DNA of 64,000 nt from Candidatus Aenigmatarchaeota archaeon (GCA_038998335.1 JAVZHQ010000001.1:288001-352000); one strand, 5' to 3'; counted from the first letter of the stretch, positions 20,301-30,083 are shown. Made by a program: numbers and translations. Notes: generated by a model not told the origin, from the sequence alone.

Positions 20301-20977
20301 AGCTTAAAAGATTGTTAGCGCCAGAGTTTTGGAAGCAGCCTAAGAAAGTTTTTAAGTTTACTGTGAGCCCTAGACCTGGGCCTCATAAAAAATTTGAATG
20401 TATTCCTTTGTTGATAATAGTAAGAGATTTGCTTAAGCTTGCTGAAACTGGAAAGGAAGCAAAAAGAATAATCAAAAAAGGAGAAATTTTAGTTGACGGA
20501 AAAAAGAGGAAAGATCATGCTTATCCTGTTGGTCTAATGGATGTTGTTTCTGTCCCTAAGATAAAAAAGCATTTTAGAGTTTTACCAGGGGAAAAAGGTT
20601 TGGAAATTGTTGAAATAAGTGAGGAGGAAGCGAATCAAAAGATTTGCAGGATAAACGATAAGACAGCGATTAAAGGTGGAAAGATTCAACTCAACTTACA
20701 TGATGGAAGGAATATTTTAATAGAAAAGGAAAAGGATGAATACAAGACTGGAGATTCTGTCTTGATAGAAATTCCTTCTCAAAAAATTATAAAGCATATT
20801 AGACTTAAGCCTGGTTCTGTTGGAATAATTTTAAAAGGTCAAAACTCTGGGAAAAAAGCAAGAGTGGAGGAAATAATAGAAAGAAGAAGCTTGAAAGAGT
20901 CAAGAAAGATCGTTTGTAGCTTGGAAGAGAAAAAAGTTGAGATAAGTAAAGATTATTTTTTTGTGGTAGAAGAGTGA
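20297..20977 (+). CDS. rps4e: 30S ribosomal protein eS4
   Basis: [30 protein letters not shown]. Confidence 0.97.
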   Translation: MKLKRLLAPEFWKQPKKVFKFTVSPRPGPHKKFECIPLLIIVRDLLKLAETGKEAKRIIKKGEILVDGKKRKDHAYPVGLMDVVSVPKIKKHFRVLPGEKGLEIVEISEEEANQKICRINDKTAIKGGKIQLNLHDGRNILIEKEKDEYKTGDSVLIEIPSQKIIKHIRLKPGSVGIILKGQNSGKKARVEEIIERRSLKESRKIVCSLEEKKVEISKDYFFVVEE

Positions 20978-20981
20978 TGTC

Positions 20982-21491
20982 ATGAAAGAAAACCCTATGA
21001 GGGAAATAAGAATAGAGAAAGTAACTTTAAACGTAGGATGTGCAGCTGACCTTCAAAAAATAGAAAGGGCAAAAAAACTTTTGGAATACTTGACTGGAAG
21101 AAAAGCTGCTGTGACAAAATCGAAAAGAAGAAGCACTTTTGGAGTAGCAAAAGGTAAGCCTGTTGGGGTAAAAGTAACCCTAAGGAAAAAAGAGGCTTTG
21201 GAATTTTTGAAAAAGGCTTTGGAAGCTGTGGATAAAAAGCTTGAAGCCTCAAAGTTTGATGAAGAAGGGAATTTTAGTTTTGGAATTAAAGAATACATAG
21301 AAATTCCTGGTGTGAAGTATTCTCATGAAATTGGAATGCTTGGCTTGGATGTTTGTGTAACTCTTGAAAGACCTGGTTTTAGAATTAAAAGAAGGAGAAT
21401 ACAGAAAAGAAAAATTCCAAAAGAGCATAGGATAACAAGGGAAGAGGCTATGGAATGGGTGAAGAAAAATTTTGGGGTTGAGATAATTTGA
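20982..21491 (+). CDS. rpl5: 50S ribosomal protein uL5
   Basis: NPMREIRIEKVTLNVG, GNFSFGIKEY, LERPGFR. Confidence 0.97.
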   Translation: MKENPMREIRIEKVTLNVGCAADLQKIERAKKLLEYLTGRKAAVTKSKRRSTFGVAKGKPVGVKVTLRKKEALEFLKKALEAVDKKLEASKFDEEGNFSFGIKEYIEIPGVKYSHEIGMLGLDVCVTLERPGFRIKRRRIQKRKIPKEHRITREEAMEWVKKNFGVEII

Positions 21492-21649
21492 ACGAGTTTA
21501 AGCTTTTAATACTTGCAACAAAAATAAATGGGATATTGTTTAAAAAAGCAGAAATAGAGGAAAGCTTAAACGTTTACATGAATTTGTTTGAAAGCTTAGT
21601 AGAAAGTGAAGAGAGTATTCTAGAAATTTTAGGAAATATGGGTGGTTGA

Positions 21650-21790
21650 ATGAAAAAGTATGGTAGAGCAACAAGAGCTTGCAAGAGATGCGGGAAAACA
21701 AAAGGGGTAATAAGAAAGTATGGTTTATACTATTGTAGGCAATGTTTTAGGGAAATAGCAAAGAAGATTGGGTTTAAAAAGTATTCTTAA
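21650..21790 (+). CDS. rps14: 30S ribosomal protein uS14 (not in ORF track)
   Basis: Manual translation [46 protein letters not shown]. Confidence 0.96.
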   Translation: MKKYGRATRACKRCGKTKGVIRKYGLYYCRQCFREIAKKIGFKKYS

Positions 21791-21840
21791 GTTTACTTTA
21801 AGGAAAATAATTTTAAAAATAATAAAAACAATTTTATTAT

Positions 21841-22719
21841 ATGTTTGAAGAATTTTCAATTTTTGTAGCTCTTTTTGGTTCTTCTCTTGCTGGAATTTGG
21901 GATTTAAAAACCACAGAAATTCCTGATTCTATTCCTCATGCAATGATTGTTATCGCAATACTAATTGCCTTAGCAAGAAGCTTCTACGAGCAAAGTTTTT
22001 TCCCTTTTGTTTATAGCTTAGCTTGTGGCACTATACTTTTTGCTTTCGGTTTTACTCTTTATTATTCAGGACAATGGGGTGGAGGAGACGCAAAAGTTTT
22101 AAGCGCTATAGGCTTTCTAATTCCAAACATGATTAAAAGTTCTTGGTTTGATAGAATCTTGCCCTTTCCTTTTAGTGGAATGGTAAGCTATACTTTAAAC
22201 GTTTTTTTTGTTGGAACCGCTTACATGCTATTTTATTCTTTTGTCCTTGCCTTTATCAACAGGAAGATTATAGCTTCTTTTTCAAAAGAAGTAAAAGCTA
22301 GTGCAAACTTGATAGCAATTTTTAGCTTAGCTTTATTATTTGTTTTTACTGCTCTTAACCTATACCTTTGTCATCTTTTTGATATACAAATAAACCTTCA
22401 GCTTCTATTAACAAATTCTTTACTTCCCCTACTCTTAACTCTAGGGATTTTTATGGTCTGGAAGTTTACAAAATCTGTGGAAGAAGTTGGGTTCAAGAAA
22501 AGAATTCCTGTTTCAAAACTTAAGGTTGGCGACGTTCTGGCAGAAAGCAAGTTGTGGGAAGGAATAACACAAAAAGAACTTATAAAAATAAAAAAGTCTG
22601 GGAAAAAGTACGTAACTATAAAAGAGGGAGTAAGGTTTGCTCCTGCCTTTCCTTTAGCTTTGCTTTTCACTTTGTATTTTGGTGATGTTTTTCCCTTAAT
22701 CTTTAAGCTTGTAATTTAA
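21841..22719 (+). CDS. A24 family prepilin/prearchaellin peptidase
   Basis: WDLKTTEIPD and WGGGDAK aspartate motifs; FAPAFP C-terminus. Confidence 0.9.
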   Translation: MFEEFSIFVALFGSSLAGIWDLKTTEIPDSIPHAMIVIAILIALARSFYEQSFFPFVYSLACGTILFAFGFTLYYSGQWGGGDAKVLSAIGFLIPNMIKSSWFDRILPFPFSGMVSYTLNVFFVGTAYMLFYSFVLAFINRKIIASFSKEVKASANLIAIFSLALLFVFTALNLYLCHLFDIQINLQLLLTNSLLPLLLTLGIFMVWKFTKSVEEVGFKKRIPVSKLKVGDVLAESKLWEGITQKELIKIKKSGKKYVTIKEGVRFAPAFPLALLFTLYFGDVFPLIFKLVI

Positions 22720-22744
22720 AAATTTGAAAAACTAAATATATTTT

Positions 22745-23383
22745 ATGAATTTGAGCTTTAGGAGTTTTTTTGATTGGTTTTTAGGTTTATTCGGGCAAAG
22801 AAAAAACATAAGGTTAGGAATATACGGAGAAACTAACGTAGGAAAAACAACTCTTGCAAACAGGATTTCTCTTGACTGGACAGGAGAAGAGGTTGGAAAA
22901 GTTTCTGAAATTCCCCATGAAACTAGAACAGTACAAAAGAAAGAGAAGGTTGAGATTAAGCTAAAAAATAAAAAGATAATTTTAAACCTCTTGGACATGC
23001 CTGGCTTGGCTACAAAAGTTGATTACAGAAATTTTTTAAAGTACGGCTTGTCTAAAAAACAAGCAAAAGAAAGGGCAAGAGAAGCTACTGAAGGAATAAT
23101 AGAAGCTATTAAATGGCTTAGTAATGTTGACGCTGTTCTAGCTGTTATGGATTCTACTCGCGACCCCTTAACTCAAGTTAACATAACCCTTTTGGGAAAT
23201 TTAGAAGCAAGGAAAATCCCTGTAATTATTGTTGCGAACAAAATAGACAAGAAAAGAGCAAAGCCTCAAGCAATAAAGGAAGCTTTTCCACAGTATCCTG
23301 TTGTTGAAGTCTCTGCCTTAAAAGGAAAAAATATGGACGAACTTTATGAGGCTATAGCAAAGTATGCAAGGCGAGCAAAATGA
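22745..23383 (+). CDS. oapA: Era-like GTPase (OapA)
   Basis: GETNVGKT, PHETR, DMPG, NKID; followed by DUF2073 and Zn-ribbon genes. Confidence 0.88.
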   Translation: MNLSFRSFFDWFLGLFGQRKNIRLGIYGETNVGKTTLANRISLDWTGEEVGKVSEIPHETRTVQKKEKVEIKLKNKKIILNLLDMPGLATKVDYRNFLKYGLSKKQAKERAREATEGIIEAIKWLSNVDAVLAVMDSTRDPLTQVNITLLGNLEARKIPVIIVANKIDKKRAKPQAIKEAFPQYPVVEVSALKGKNMDELYEAIAKYARRAK

Positions 23384-23778
23384 AGTTGAAAATTGATTTT
23401 GTTTCGTCTGCAACCCTTGACGGAAAACCAAGGAAAGAGAGGATAAACTTCATTTTGAACAAAGTTAAGGATGGTTCGATACTTGTAATGGACGGGGTGA
23501 TGAGCCCAGACGAAGAGCTTGACTTAATAAGAGAAACCATGAGAAGAGTAGACGATGGCTTTCCTGGAATTGAAGTTTGCAGTCTTAAGAGAAAAGTAAA
23601 AGGATTTCAACTTTTCCTTGAAAGAATTTCTGACCATACTTTTAAGTTAAGAGAATTGTTCCTAAGAAAACCTTCTGAAAAAAAACTCAAGTACGGAATA
23701 ACCTTAGTAGGACCTGCAAAGTACATAAAAAAGATTAAAAAGAACCCAAACTCATTTTCTGTTCTTACAGAGGTTTAA
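23380..23778 (+). CDS. oapB: DUF2073 family protein (OapB)
   Basis: GMSPDEELDLI, FPGIE, ITLVGPA-like motifs; operon context. Confidence 0.82.
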   Translation: MKLKIDFVSSATLDGKPRKERINFILNKVKDGSILVMDGVMSPDEELDLIRETMRRVDDGFPGIEVCSLKRKVKGFQLFLERISDHTFKLRELFLRKPSEKKLKYGITLVGPAKYIKKIKKNPNSFSVLTEV

Positions 23779-23780
23779 TC

Positions 23781-24188
23781 ATGCATAAGTGTATAAGATG
23801 TGGAGAAGTATATCAGGATAATGATGAATCTATTCTTAGAGGTTGTTTAAATTGCGGCTCAATATTTTTTCTCTACTTAAAAACTTCTGAAGAAAGTAAG
23901 CAGCTAGAAGAAATAGAAAAAGAATTAAAGGAAAAAGAAACTACGCTTGAAAAAGAAATAGAAAAGAAGATAGAGGAAATAAAGGAAGAAGAAAAGGTGA
24001 AGAAGAAGAAAGTTGCAAGAAAAAAGTTTGGGATCGAAACGATAAAAATCCCGAAAGAAGGAGTTTACGAGATTAACCTCGATGCTTTGATGAAGAAAAG
24101 ACCTTTGATAGTTCTGGAGAAAGGAAAGGTTTATTTTGTTCATCTTCCTTCTGTTTTTGAAAAGGAGCTTAATAAAGATAAAGAATAG
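23781..24188 (+). CDS. oapC: Zn-ribbon protein (OapC/DUF2072)
   Basis: HKCIRCG...ILRGCLNCGS, GVYEINLDALM. Confidence 0.85.
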   Translation: MHKCIRCGEVYQDNDESILRGCLNCGSIFFLYLKTSEESKQLEEIEKELKEKETTLEKEIEKKIEEIKEEEKVKKKKVARKKFGIETIKIPKEGVYEINLDALMKKRPLIVLEKGKVYFVHLPSVFEKELNKDKE

Positions 24189-24566
24189 CTAAAGGATCCC
24201 AAGCTCTTTATCTTTTTCCACTTTTTCTTTCAGTTCAGGCTTTAACTCAACTAACGCGTTGAAAAGCTTTTCTTTGTAATCTTGGGTTATGAGGTTATCG
24301 TCTACTATTGTTTTAAGTAAGATGAAAGTATCCATACTTACTTCTGGTTCTCTATGGGCATTTTTTTCCAAGCAATTATCAAGGCTTATGTTAAAAGCTT
24401 TTCTGCAAGCTTTTGCTAAGGTGCTTGCTGTTATATTATAAATTTCTGCTACAACAATCTGTTCAGGATAGGCTATTTGTTGCTGCTTAACAACTTCACT
24501 CTTCATTTTTTCTATAAGTTCATGAACAGCCTTGAAAATACATTCTTCTCTTTTGCAAGGAAGCAT
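24189..24566 (-). CDS. Hypothetical protein
   Basis: ATG ORF, no motif. Confidence 0.6.
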   Translation of the reverse strand: MLPCKREECIFKAVHELIEKMKSEVVKQQQIAYPEQIVVAEIYNITASTLAKACRKAFNISLDNCLEKNAHREPEVSMDTFILLKTIVDDNLITQDYKEKLFNALVELKPELKEKVEKDKELGIL

Positions 24567-24610
24567 TCTTCTCAGTAAATATTTTTTTCTTTATTGTTTA
24601 TTAGCTTATG

Positions 24611-24769
24611 CTAGCGAAGCGCTTCCTTTTGGATTTGAGCAAACCTTTCTTGGATTTGAGCAAAGGATGCTGTAGTTTGTCTATAAAATTCAAAAGTTAT
24701 ATAAAAAACTACAGCAATCATTAATAGCATTATTACAAGCTCCACTAGCAACAATATTCCACTTGTCAT
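24611..24769 (-). CDS. Small single-TM protein, 52 aa (not in ORF track)
   Basis: MTSGILLLVELVIMLLMIAVVFYITFEFYRQTTASFAQIQERFAQIQKEALR; internal FAQIQ duplication. Confidence 0.5.
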   Translation of the reverse strand: MTSGILLLVELVIMLLMIAVVFYITFEFYRQTTASFAQIQERFAQIQKEALR

Positions 24770-24822
24770 ACTTATTATAATGGTTTAGGTAGTATTTAAA
24801 GATTACTATTTCTTAGTAGTAA

Positions 24823-26352
24823 CTAAATAAGATGGAATTCTTTTGGTGTCTTCCCAAACCTTTTAGCAAACTCCCTAGGCCATTTCTTTGAGTCTAAACC
24901 TTTTTGAGCAAGAAAAGCTACAACCCATCTTTCCAAGCCAATTCCTGAGCATCCAGACCAAACCTCTTTTCCGCTAGAAGTTTTAAAATCCCAAGCATCG
25001 CTAAACTTGGTTCCTGCAACTGTTATATTCTGAAACTCTAACCATTCAGAGCTTTCCCTTGACCCGCGAAAAGGAAGCCAAGCTTCGAAGTCTATGGTTC
25101 CTTTTTCTTTTTCTGTTTCCCCTACTTGACCAGCTTGAGCCATGTACCAAGGTGTAACCCATGCCATCCTCCATTCTATGTCTAGAATTTTTTCGAAAAC
25201 GTACTTATACCTTTCAACAAGCTTTTCCCTTATTTCTAAGGCTTGTTCTTTTGTTCCAAGCCAAATTAACTCTATCCTGTGAAACTCGCAAACCCTTTCT
25301 ATTCCGTGTAAGCCTCCTGCTTCCCATCGCATGCTTGTTCCAGAAGCATCCCAAACTTTTATGGGCAAATCTTCTTCTCTCAAACTTTTTTTCTCAAAAT
25401 ACCAATAAAAGGGTGGACATTGAGCAAAGCATACTCCAAGCCTTGGGGGTTCGAGCTTTTCCTTTAATTGCTCATAAGGAATTTTGTTCGTAACTTTTAC
25501 GTAATCTGCAAAATCCTCCCAGAATTTTTGATCATAGGTTAAAGGTTTGCTCACATAAAAAAAAGAATTAGAAGAGCCTGGAACATGACCTGTGCGAAGC
25601 CAAACTTCTAAAGGAGTAACTTTTGGCAAAATTACTTCCTCAAACTTTAAGGGTTTAATCACTTCCTTTATTGCTATTTGTTGCATTGTTCTGAAGATTT
25701 TTGTAGGGATTGGTGTGTAAAGCCAAACTCCTGTATCAAACCTTTTAATCCATCCTAGCTTTTCCATTTCTTCTGAAGGGTCTTTATCCCAAACAGGCTT
25801 TTTCTCTTTGCTCTTCCATATAAGCTCCCAATGTTCTGCCTTTCCTCCGTATTCTTGAAGCTCGATTTTTTCCTCAACTCTTCTTAAAATCCTTTCAACG
25901 TAGCGATCTTCTAAGGCAGTAGAATCTAAGTTTTGAAGTTTAATCATAAGCTCGTTTCCCTTAACTTCAGCATCTTTAAACCAAGGAACCTTTACTTGAA
26001 TTTTTTCTTTTGGTAGTTTTTTTGGCGTGTACCTTATCTCATAGTATTTGACAAAAATGTTTCTTACTCCTATTCCATAATCTTTTCCAAATTTTTCAGA
26101 AAGAAAGTTTCTTAACCTTAAGAAAGCATCGTGTGGGCGCAAATAAGTTGTGCCTTCTATAGTAAGCAAAAGCTTTGAACCTTCTATTGACCAATGAACT
26201 ATTCTTGAACCTTCTTGTTCAGGAGGAACTCCTTTTTTAAACAACTCAGAGTTGATTTCTTTTGCAACAAGCTTAGGAAAGTCTAATTTAACTGGTTCTA
26301 AAGGTTTGCTAAATTCCATAACTCCTTCTAGTATTAGCCTCATAACAATCAA
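24823..26352 (-). CDS. serS: Serine--tRNA ligase, methanogen (type 2) form
   Basis: AQCPPFY, GLHGIERVCEFHRIE, WSGCSGIGLERW, plus the alpha/beta N-terminal domain (LRPHDAFLRLRN). Confidence 0.93.
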   Translation of the reverse strand: MIVMRLILEGVMEFSKPLEPVKLDFPKLVAKEINSELFKKGVPPEQEGSRIVHWSIEGSKLLLTIEGTTYLRPHDAFLRLRNFLSEKFGKDYGIGVRNIFVKYYEIRYTPKKLPKEKIQVKVPWFKDAEVKGNELMIKLQNLDSTALEDRYVERILRRVEEKIELQEYGGKAEHWELIWKSKEKKPVWDKDPSEEMEKLGWIKRFDTGVWLYTPIPTKIFRTMQQIAIKEVIKPLKFEEVILPKVTPLEVWLRTGHVPGSSNSFFYVSKPLTYDQKFWEDFADYVKVTNKIPYEQLKEKLEPPRLGVCFAQCPPFYWYFEKKSLREEDLPIKVWDASGTSMRWEAGGLHGIERVCEFHRIELIWLGTKEQALEIREKLVERYKYVFEKILDIEWRMAWVTPWYMAQAGQVGETEKEKGTIDFEAWLPFRGSRESSEWLEFQNITVAGTKFSDAWDFKTSSGKEVWSGCSGIGLERWVVAFLAQKGLDSKKWPREFAKRFGKTPKEFHLI

Positions 26353-26386
26353 TAACTTGATTTAGTTCTTGAATTAAATATAATTT

Positions 26387-27682
26387 ATGCCAGAAAGTTT
26401 AAAAAGAGCTCTTACTTTTAAGGATGTAGTAATCCTTGGAGTTGCAATAATAATTGGAGCAGGAATCTATAGCATAATAGGAAAAGCTGTAGGAATTGCA
26501 GGCTATTCGGTTTGGGTTTCTGTAATTTTTGCAGGCGTAGTTACTTGTTTTACTGGCTTGAGCTTTGCTGAAATGACGAGCATTTATCCAAAAACTTATG
26601 GCTATTTTAAGCTAATTAAAACTGCTTTGGAAAGTATGGGAGGAAAAGTTTGGGGTTTTGTAGTTGAATGGATTTTGGTTTTAGCTTGCATATTTGCTAT
26701 AGCAACAATTTCTTTAGCTTTTGGAGGCTATTTTTCTAGTTTTGTTTCTTCTGATAAAGTTTTGGCAGCAGTTTTAATAATACTCTTTTCTGCTTTTGTT
26801 TCTTATGTAGGAGTAAAGGAATCTGTAAGTATTACGATAATTTTTTCCCTAGCAGAAATCTTAGGCTTGATAGTGGTAATAGTGCTTGGGATTTTCTTCT
26901 TAAGGCCTGACGTAAAAGTTTTGCTTGATTTTAAGTTTGATTCTAACATATTCTATGCTGCTTCTCTTATATTTTTTGCTTTTACCGGTTTTGAGCTAAT
27001 TCCTGCTCAAGCAGAAGAAACTCAAAGTGCAGAAAAATTTGTTCCTAAGGCTATAGTTGCTTCAATACTCATTTGCACGCTGATTTATTGTTTGGTTTCT
27101 ATCGCAGTTACAAACTTGTTAGAGCCTAGCATGTTAGAAGTTTCACAAGCTCCTTTGGTTGATGCAGTTTCAGCAAAGTTTGGAAGCAGCTTTGGTTGGT
27201 TTTTATGGATTTGCGCTATAATCTCAATTGTTACAACAGTTTTAGGCGTAACTATAACGAGCTCAAGACTTGTTTATGGTTTAGCAAAAGAAAAACTCTT
27301 TCCTATTTTCCTTTCAAAAGTTTCTAAAAGGTTTAAAACTCCTAGTCTAGCTATTTTCACAATAGCTTTTCTCTCAGCTATAACCACTTTTTTGATAAAG
27401 GATTTGAAAACCACGGCCGAGATTGCAAACTTCTTAACAATACTAACTTTTTACTTGGTAAACATTTCTGTAATAGTTTTAAGATGGACAAAGCCAAGAA
27501 TACCGAGAGGCTTTAAAGTTCCTTTAAACTTTAAAAACACTCCTATACCTTCTTTAACAGCAAGTATTTTCTGCATGTTTTTGCTCTTTCATTTTCCTTT
27601 TGTAATAATTTTTAACGCAGTTTTTATCATAGGTTTAGGAATAGTTTTTTACTTTTTGACAAGGGAAAAATTTTTCGCTTAA
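26387..27682 (+). CDS. APC family amino acid permease
   Basis: IIGAGI, FFAFTGFE, SRLVYGLA, about 12 TM. Confidence 0.93.
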   Translation: MPESLKRALTFKDVVILGVAIIIGAGIYSIIGKAVGIAGYSVWVSVIFAGVVTCFTGLSFAEMTSIYPKTYGYFKLIKTALESMGGKVWGFVVEWILVLACIFAIATISLAFGGYFSSFVSSDKVLAAVLIILFSAFVSYVGVKESVSITIIFSLAEILGLIVVIVLGIFFLRPDVKVLLDFKFDSNIFYAASLIFFAFTGFELIPAQAEETQSAEKFVPKAIVASILICTLIYCLVSIAVTNLLEPSMLEVSQAPLVDAVSAKFGSSFGWFLWICAIISIVTTVLGVTITSSRLVYGLAKEKLFPIFLSKVSKRFKTPSLAIFTIAFLSAITTFLIKDLKTTAEIANFLTILTFYLVNISVIVLRWTKPRIPRGFKVPLNFKNTPIPSLTASIFCMFLLFHFPFVIIFNAVFIIGLGIVFYFLTREKFFA

Positions 27683-28752
27683 CTTGTAACTTCAAACTGC
27701 TTAAAAGTTTCAACAAGCTTTTTGTTTTCAGGTTTTTCAAAATGCTCTCTTACTGGTTTAATTATTTTATCAAGCTCTCTTGCAACGTTTAGCTTTAAGT
27801 CTTGGGGATGAACTTTTCCTTCTCTAAAAGCTTTTTCCAGTTCTTCGTAACTTTCAAAAGTTATGTTACCGCCATACTTCCTTTCTCTTTCTACTTCAAA
27901 ACTTCTGTTTTCTCGGAAAATTATGTACTTTGCAATTTCTAATACAGGATTATTTTCAACTACTTTTTCAGGGCACCAAGCCTTTCTTAATTTTTCTTCT
28001 ATTTCTTCTTTTTTATCATGAACAAAAATGCAAGTCCAAGGTTTTGACTTGCTCATTTTTGCTGCTATAGTTTTTTCTAACTTTTCTTTTGTTTTTATTT
28101 CTGGTGGCTTAGCTAAGCCAGGAAGCAAGTGGTGATGAATTGCTATGGGCTTTTTCCACCCTAGCTTAGGAAAAACTTCTCTACATAAAACATGGGCTTT
28201 TCTTTGGTCCATTCCACCATGAGCTATGTCTTTACCTAAGTATTTCACATCCATGCATTGCAAAGGAGGATAAATAAATTGAGAAAAGTCAAGCTTTTCC
28301 TTCTCGCTTCTTCCCATTATCGTTAGGCAGCGAGTAACTCTTGGCAAAGTTATTTTTTTGCAAAACCTTACTAAATCTTTCCAATACTCATCGTTATTAT
28401 GGTAAAGCTCTGAACCTAAAACAATCTCAGCTTTTGGGCAAAAAAACTTAAAACCTTCTGCAAAGTATTCAGAAGCTTTTTTTATGTTTTCCCAGTTTCC
28501 TCCAAGCTTGTTGTTGATAAAAGTGTGCCAGTCTGCAAGGAAAACTTTACATTTTATTCCTGCTTCTGCTAAATCGTTTATCTTGTAGCCGCAAATTAAT
28601 AAAGTACCTATATGTAATAAACCAGAGATTTCAAAACCTATGTAATGCTCAGGTTTGTCGTTGGTTTCAAGCAATTGTTTCAATTCTTCTTCTGTTAGTA
28701 TTTCTTCTGTTGGTGGTCTTTTTATAAGCTCAAGTTTTGTTTCTAGGTCCAT
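27679..28752 (-). CDS. tyrS: Tyrosine--tRNA ligase
   Basis: YIGFEISGLLHIG, GGMDQRK, KMSKS. Confidence 0.96.
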   Translation of the reverse strand: MDLETKLELIKRPPTEEILTEEELKQLLETNDKPEHYIGFEISGLLHIGTLLICGYKINDLAEAGIKCKVFLADWHTFINNKLGGNWENIKKASEYFAEGFKFFCPKAEIVLGSELYHNNDEYWKDLVRFCKKITLPRVTRCLTIMGRSEKEKLDFSQFIYPPLQCMDVKYLGKDIAHGGMDQRKAHVLCREVFPKLGWKKPIAIHHHLLPGLAKPPEIKTKEKLEKTIAAKMSKSKPWTCIFVHDKKEEIEEKLRKAWCPEKVVENNPVLEIAKYIIFRENRSFEVERERKYGGNITFESYEELEKAFREGKVHPQDLKLNVARELDKIIKPVREHFEKPENKKLVETFKQFEVTS

Positions 28753-28790
28753 AATTTCATATTTTTTTAAATAAATTAAAAAGGATTGGG

Positions 28791-28806
28791 TGTTAGACGT
28801 CTAACA
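28791..28806. repeat. 16-bp palindrome copy 1, TGTTAGACGTCTAACA
   Basis: Perfect palindrome; extends to 28786-28811 with one G/T mismatch. Confidence 0.95.
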
Positions 28807-28817
28807 TCCAAAAATTT

Positions 28818-29750
28818 TTAAAGCTCAACTATAAACATAAGTCTTTCTACAAGTTCTTTATACCTGTTCCTTATTGTAACTTCTGTGCATCTCATTTTCT
28901 CGGCCAAATCTCTTTGAGTTATCCTTTCTCCTGTTAAAACAGAAGCTATATAAGCAGCAGCTGCTGCTAAACCAGTAGGAGCTTTCCCAAGAGTTAGCCT
29001 AGCTTGTTTAGCAGCTAAAAGTATTTTGTAAGCTACGTCTTCCGTTTTACCAGATTTACCAGCTTCATTTAATGGTCTAGAAACATACTCTCCAGGAGAA
29101 GGAGGAGGCAATTTATAGCCCAATTCTTTTACTATAAATCTATAACTTCTTCCTATTTCTGTTTTCCTAAGACCAGAAATTTCAGAAACTTGATCGATCG
29201 ATCTAGGTATTCCTAATTGCCTGCATGATAAATAAACACTAGCAACAGCAAGCCCCTCTAAAGACCTTCCACGTGAAATTCTTTCTTTTAAGGCTTTTCT
29301 AAGAATAAGAGAAGCGTTTTCCATGGCATTTTTTGGTAGTTCCAGTTTGTTACTTATCTTGATGATTTGATCTAAACCCAAAGCCAAGCTTCGTTCGTTA
29401 GCGTCAGAAACTCTCATCCTTGTCTGCCACTTTCTTAAGCGATAAGATGTTTCCTTTTGTTGTGGCTTTAAAGGCTTTCCATACGCATCACGATCGAGAT
29501 TACTGATTGATGTCATTAGACCCATGTCGTGAAGTGTGTAAGTTAAAGGTGCACCACTTCTTGGCCTTTTTTCTCTTTGCTCTTCGTCAAAAGCTCTCCA
29601 CTCCGGACCTTTATCGTAAATCTTTTGTGCTATAACAAGACCACAATTGCTACATACATCTTCTCCTGTGTCGTAATCTTTTATTATGTTCTTGCTACCA
29701 CACTCAGGACATTTTTCAACTCTTGCTCTCAACAAAGGTTTTTCTTCCAT
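28818..29750 (-). CDS. tfb: Transcription initiation factor IIB (TFB)
   Basis: CPECG...VCSNCG Zn ribbon, GPEWRAF B-reader, two cyclin repeats, TEVTIRNRYKEL. Confidence 0.96.
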   Translation of the reverse strand: MEEKPLLRARVEKCPECGSKNIIKDYDTGEDVCSNCGLVIAQKIYDKGPEWRAFDEEQREKRPRSGAPLTYTLHDMGLMTSISNLDRDAYGKPLKPQQKETSYRLRKWQTRMRVSDANERSLALGLDQIIKISNKLELPKNAMENASLILRKALKERISRGRSLEGLAVASVYLSCRQLGIPRSIDQVSEISGLRKTEIGRSYRFIVKELGYKLPPPSPGEYVSRPLNEAGKSGKTEDVAYKILLAAKQARLTLGKAPTGLAAAAAYIASVLTGERITQRDLAEKMRCTEVTIRNRYKELVERLMFIVEL

Positions 29751-29797
29751 GTTGACTTATTCTCTAATAAGTTGTTTAATTTTAAAAGTTTTTTAGG

Positions 29798-29813
29798 TGT
29801 TAGACGTCTAACA
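29798..29813. repeat. 16-bp palindrome copy 2, TGTTAGACGTCTAACA
   Basis: Perfect palindrome; extends to 29789-29822 with two G/T mismatches. Confidence 0.95.
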
Positions 29814-29853
29814 TTTAAAAAATTTATTCTCCATCATAATTTGCCTTTAAAAA

Positions 29854-30063
29854 TTAAACTGAAATTACTTTCTTCTCAAGAAGAATTGCTTCCCCACCTT
29901 GGTTTTTTATTCTTGTTGCTATTAACCTTAAAGTTTTTATGTCATCGCTTTCCCAAACAGAATGCTGAATTTTTTCTGCTCTAATTGCTTTTAAAGCTCT
30001 GTTTACTTGAACTTGCAAGACTTTTTTATCTCTTGGGATGTCGTAAATTATTATGTACTTCAT
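29854..30063 (-). CDS. Stand-alone Cas2/VapD-fold (PaaX central-domain-like) protein, 69 aa
   Basis: MKYIIIYDIP and IQHSVWES match the Cas2-type YDI and QxSV(F/W)E motifs; no other cas gene in the window. Confidence 0.8.
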   Translation of the reverse strand: MKYIIIYDIPRDKKVLQVQVNRALKAIRAEKIQHSVWESDDIKTLRLIATRIKNQGGEAILLEKKVISV

Positions 30064-30067
30064 AAGT

Positions 30068-30083
30068 TGTTATACGTCTAACA
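30068..30083. repeat. Palindrome copy 3 (variant TGTTATACGTCTAACA)
   Basis: One mismatch; 4 bp upstream of the Cas2-like ATG. Confidence 0.9.

Noticed and set aside
21492-21649. Gap between uL5 and uS14 with a 23-codon ORF
   Set aside because: Too short and motif-free to call; may be a gene remnant
24629-24664. Tandem TTGGATTTGAGCAAA repeat
   Set aside because: Explained as an in-frame FAQIQ duplication within a small ORF; only two units
28791-28806. Palindrome as an archaeal dif/Xer site
   Set aside because: No 11-6-11 arm-spacer structure, multiple copies, and no tyrosine recombinase in the window
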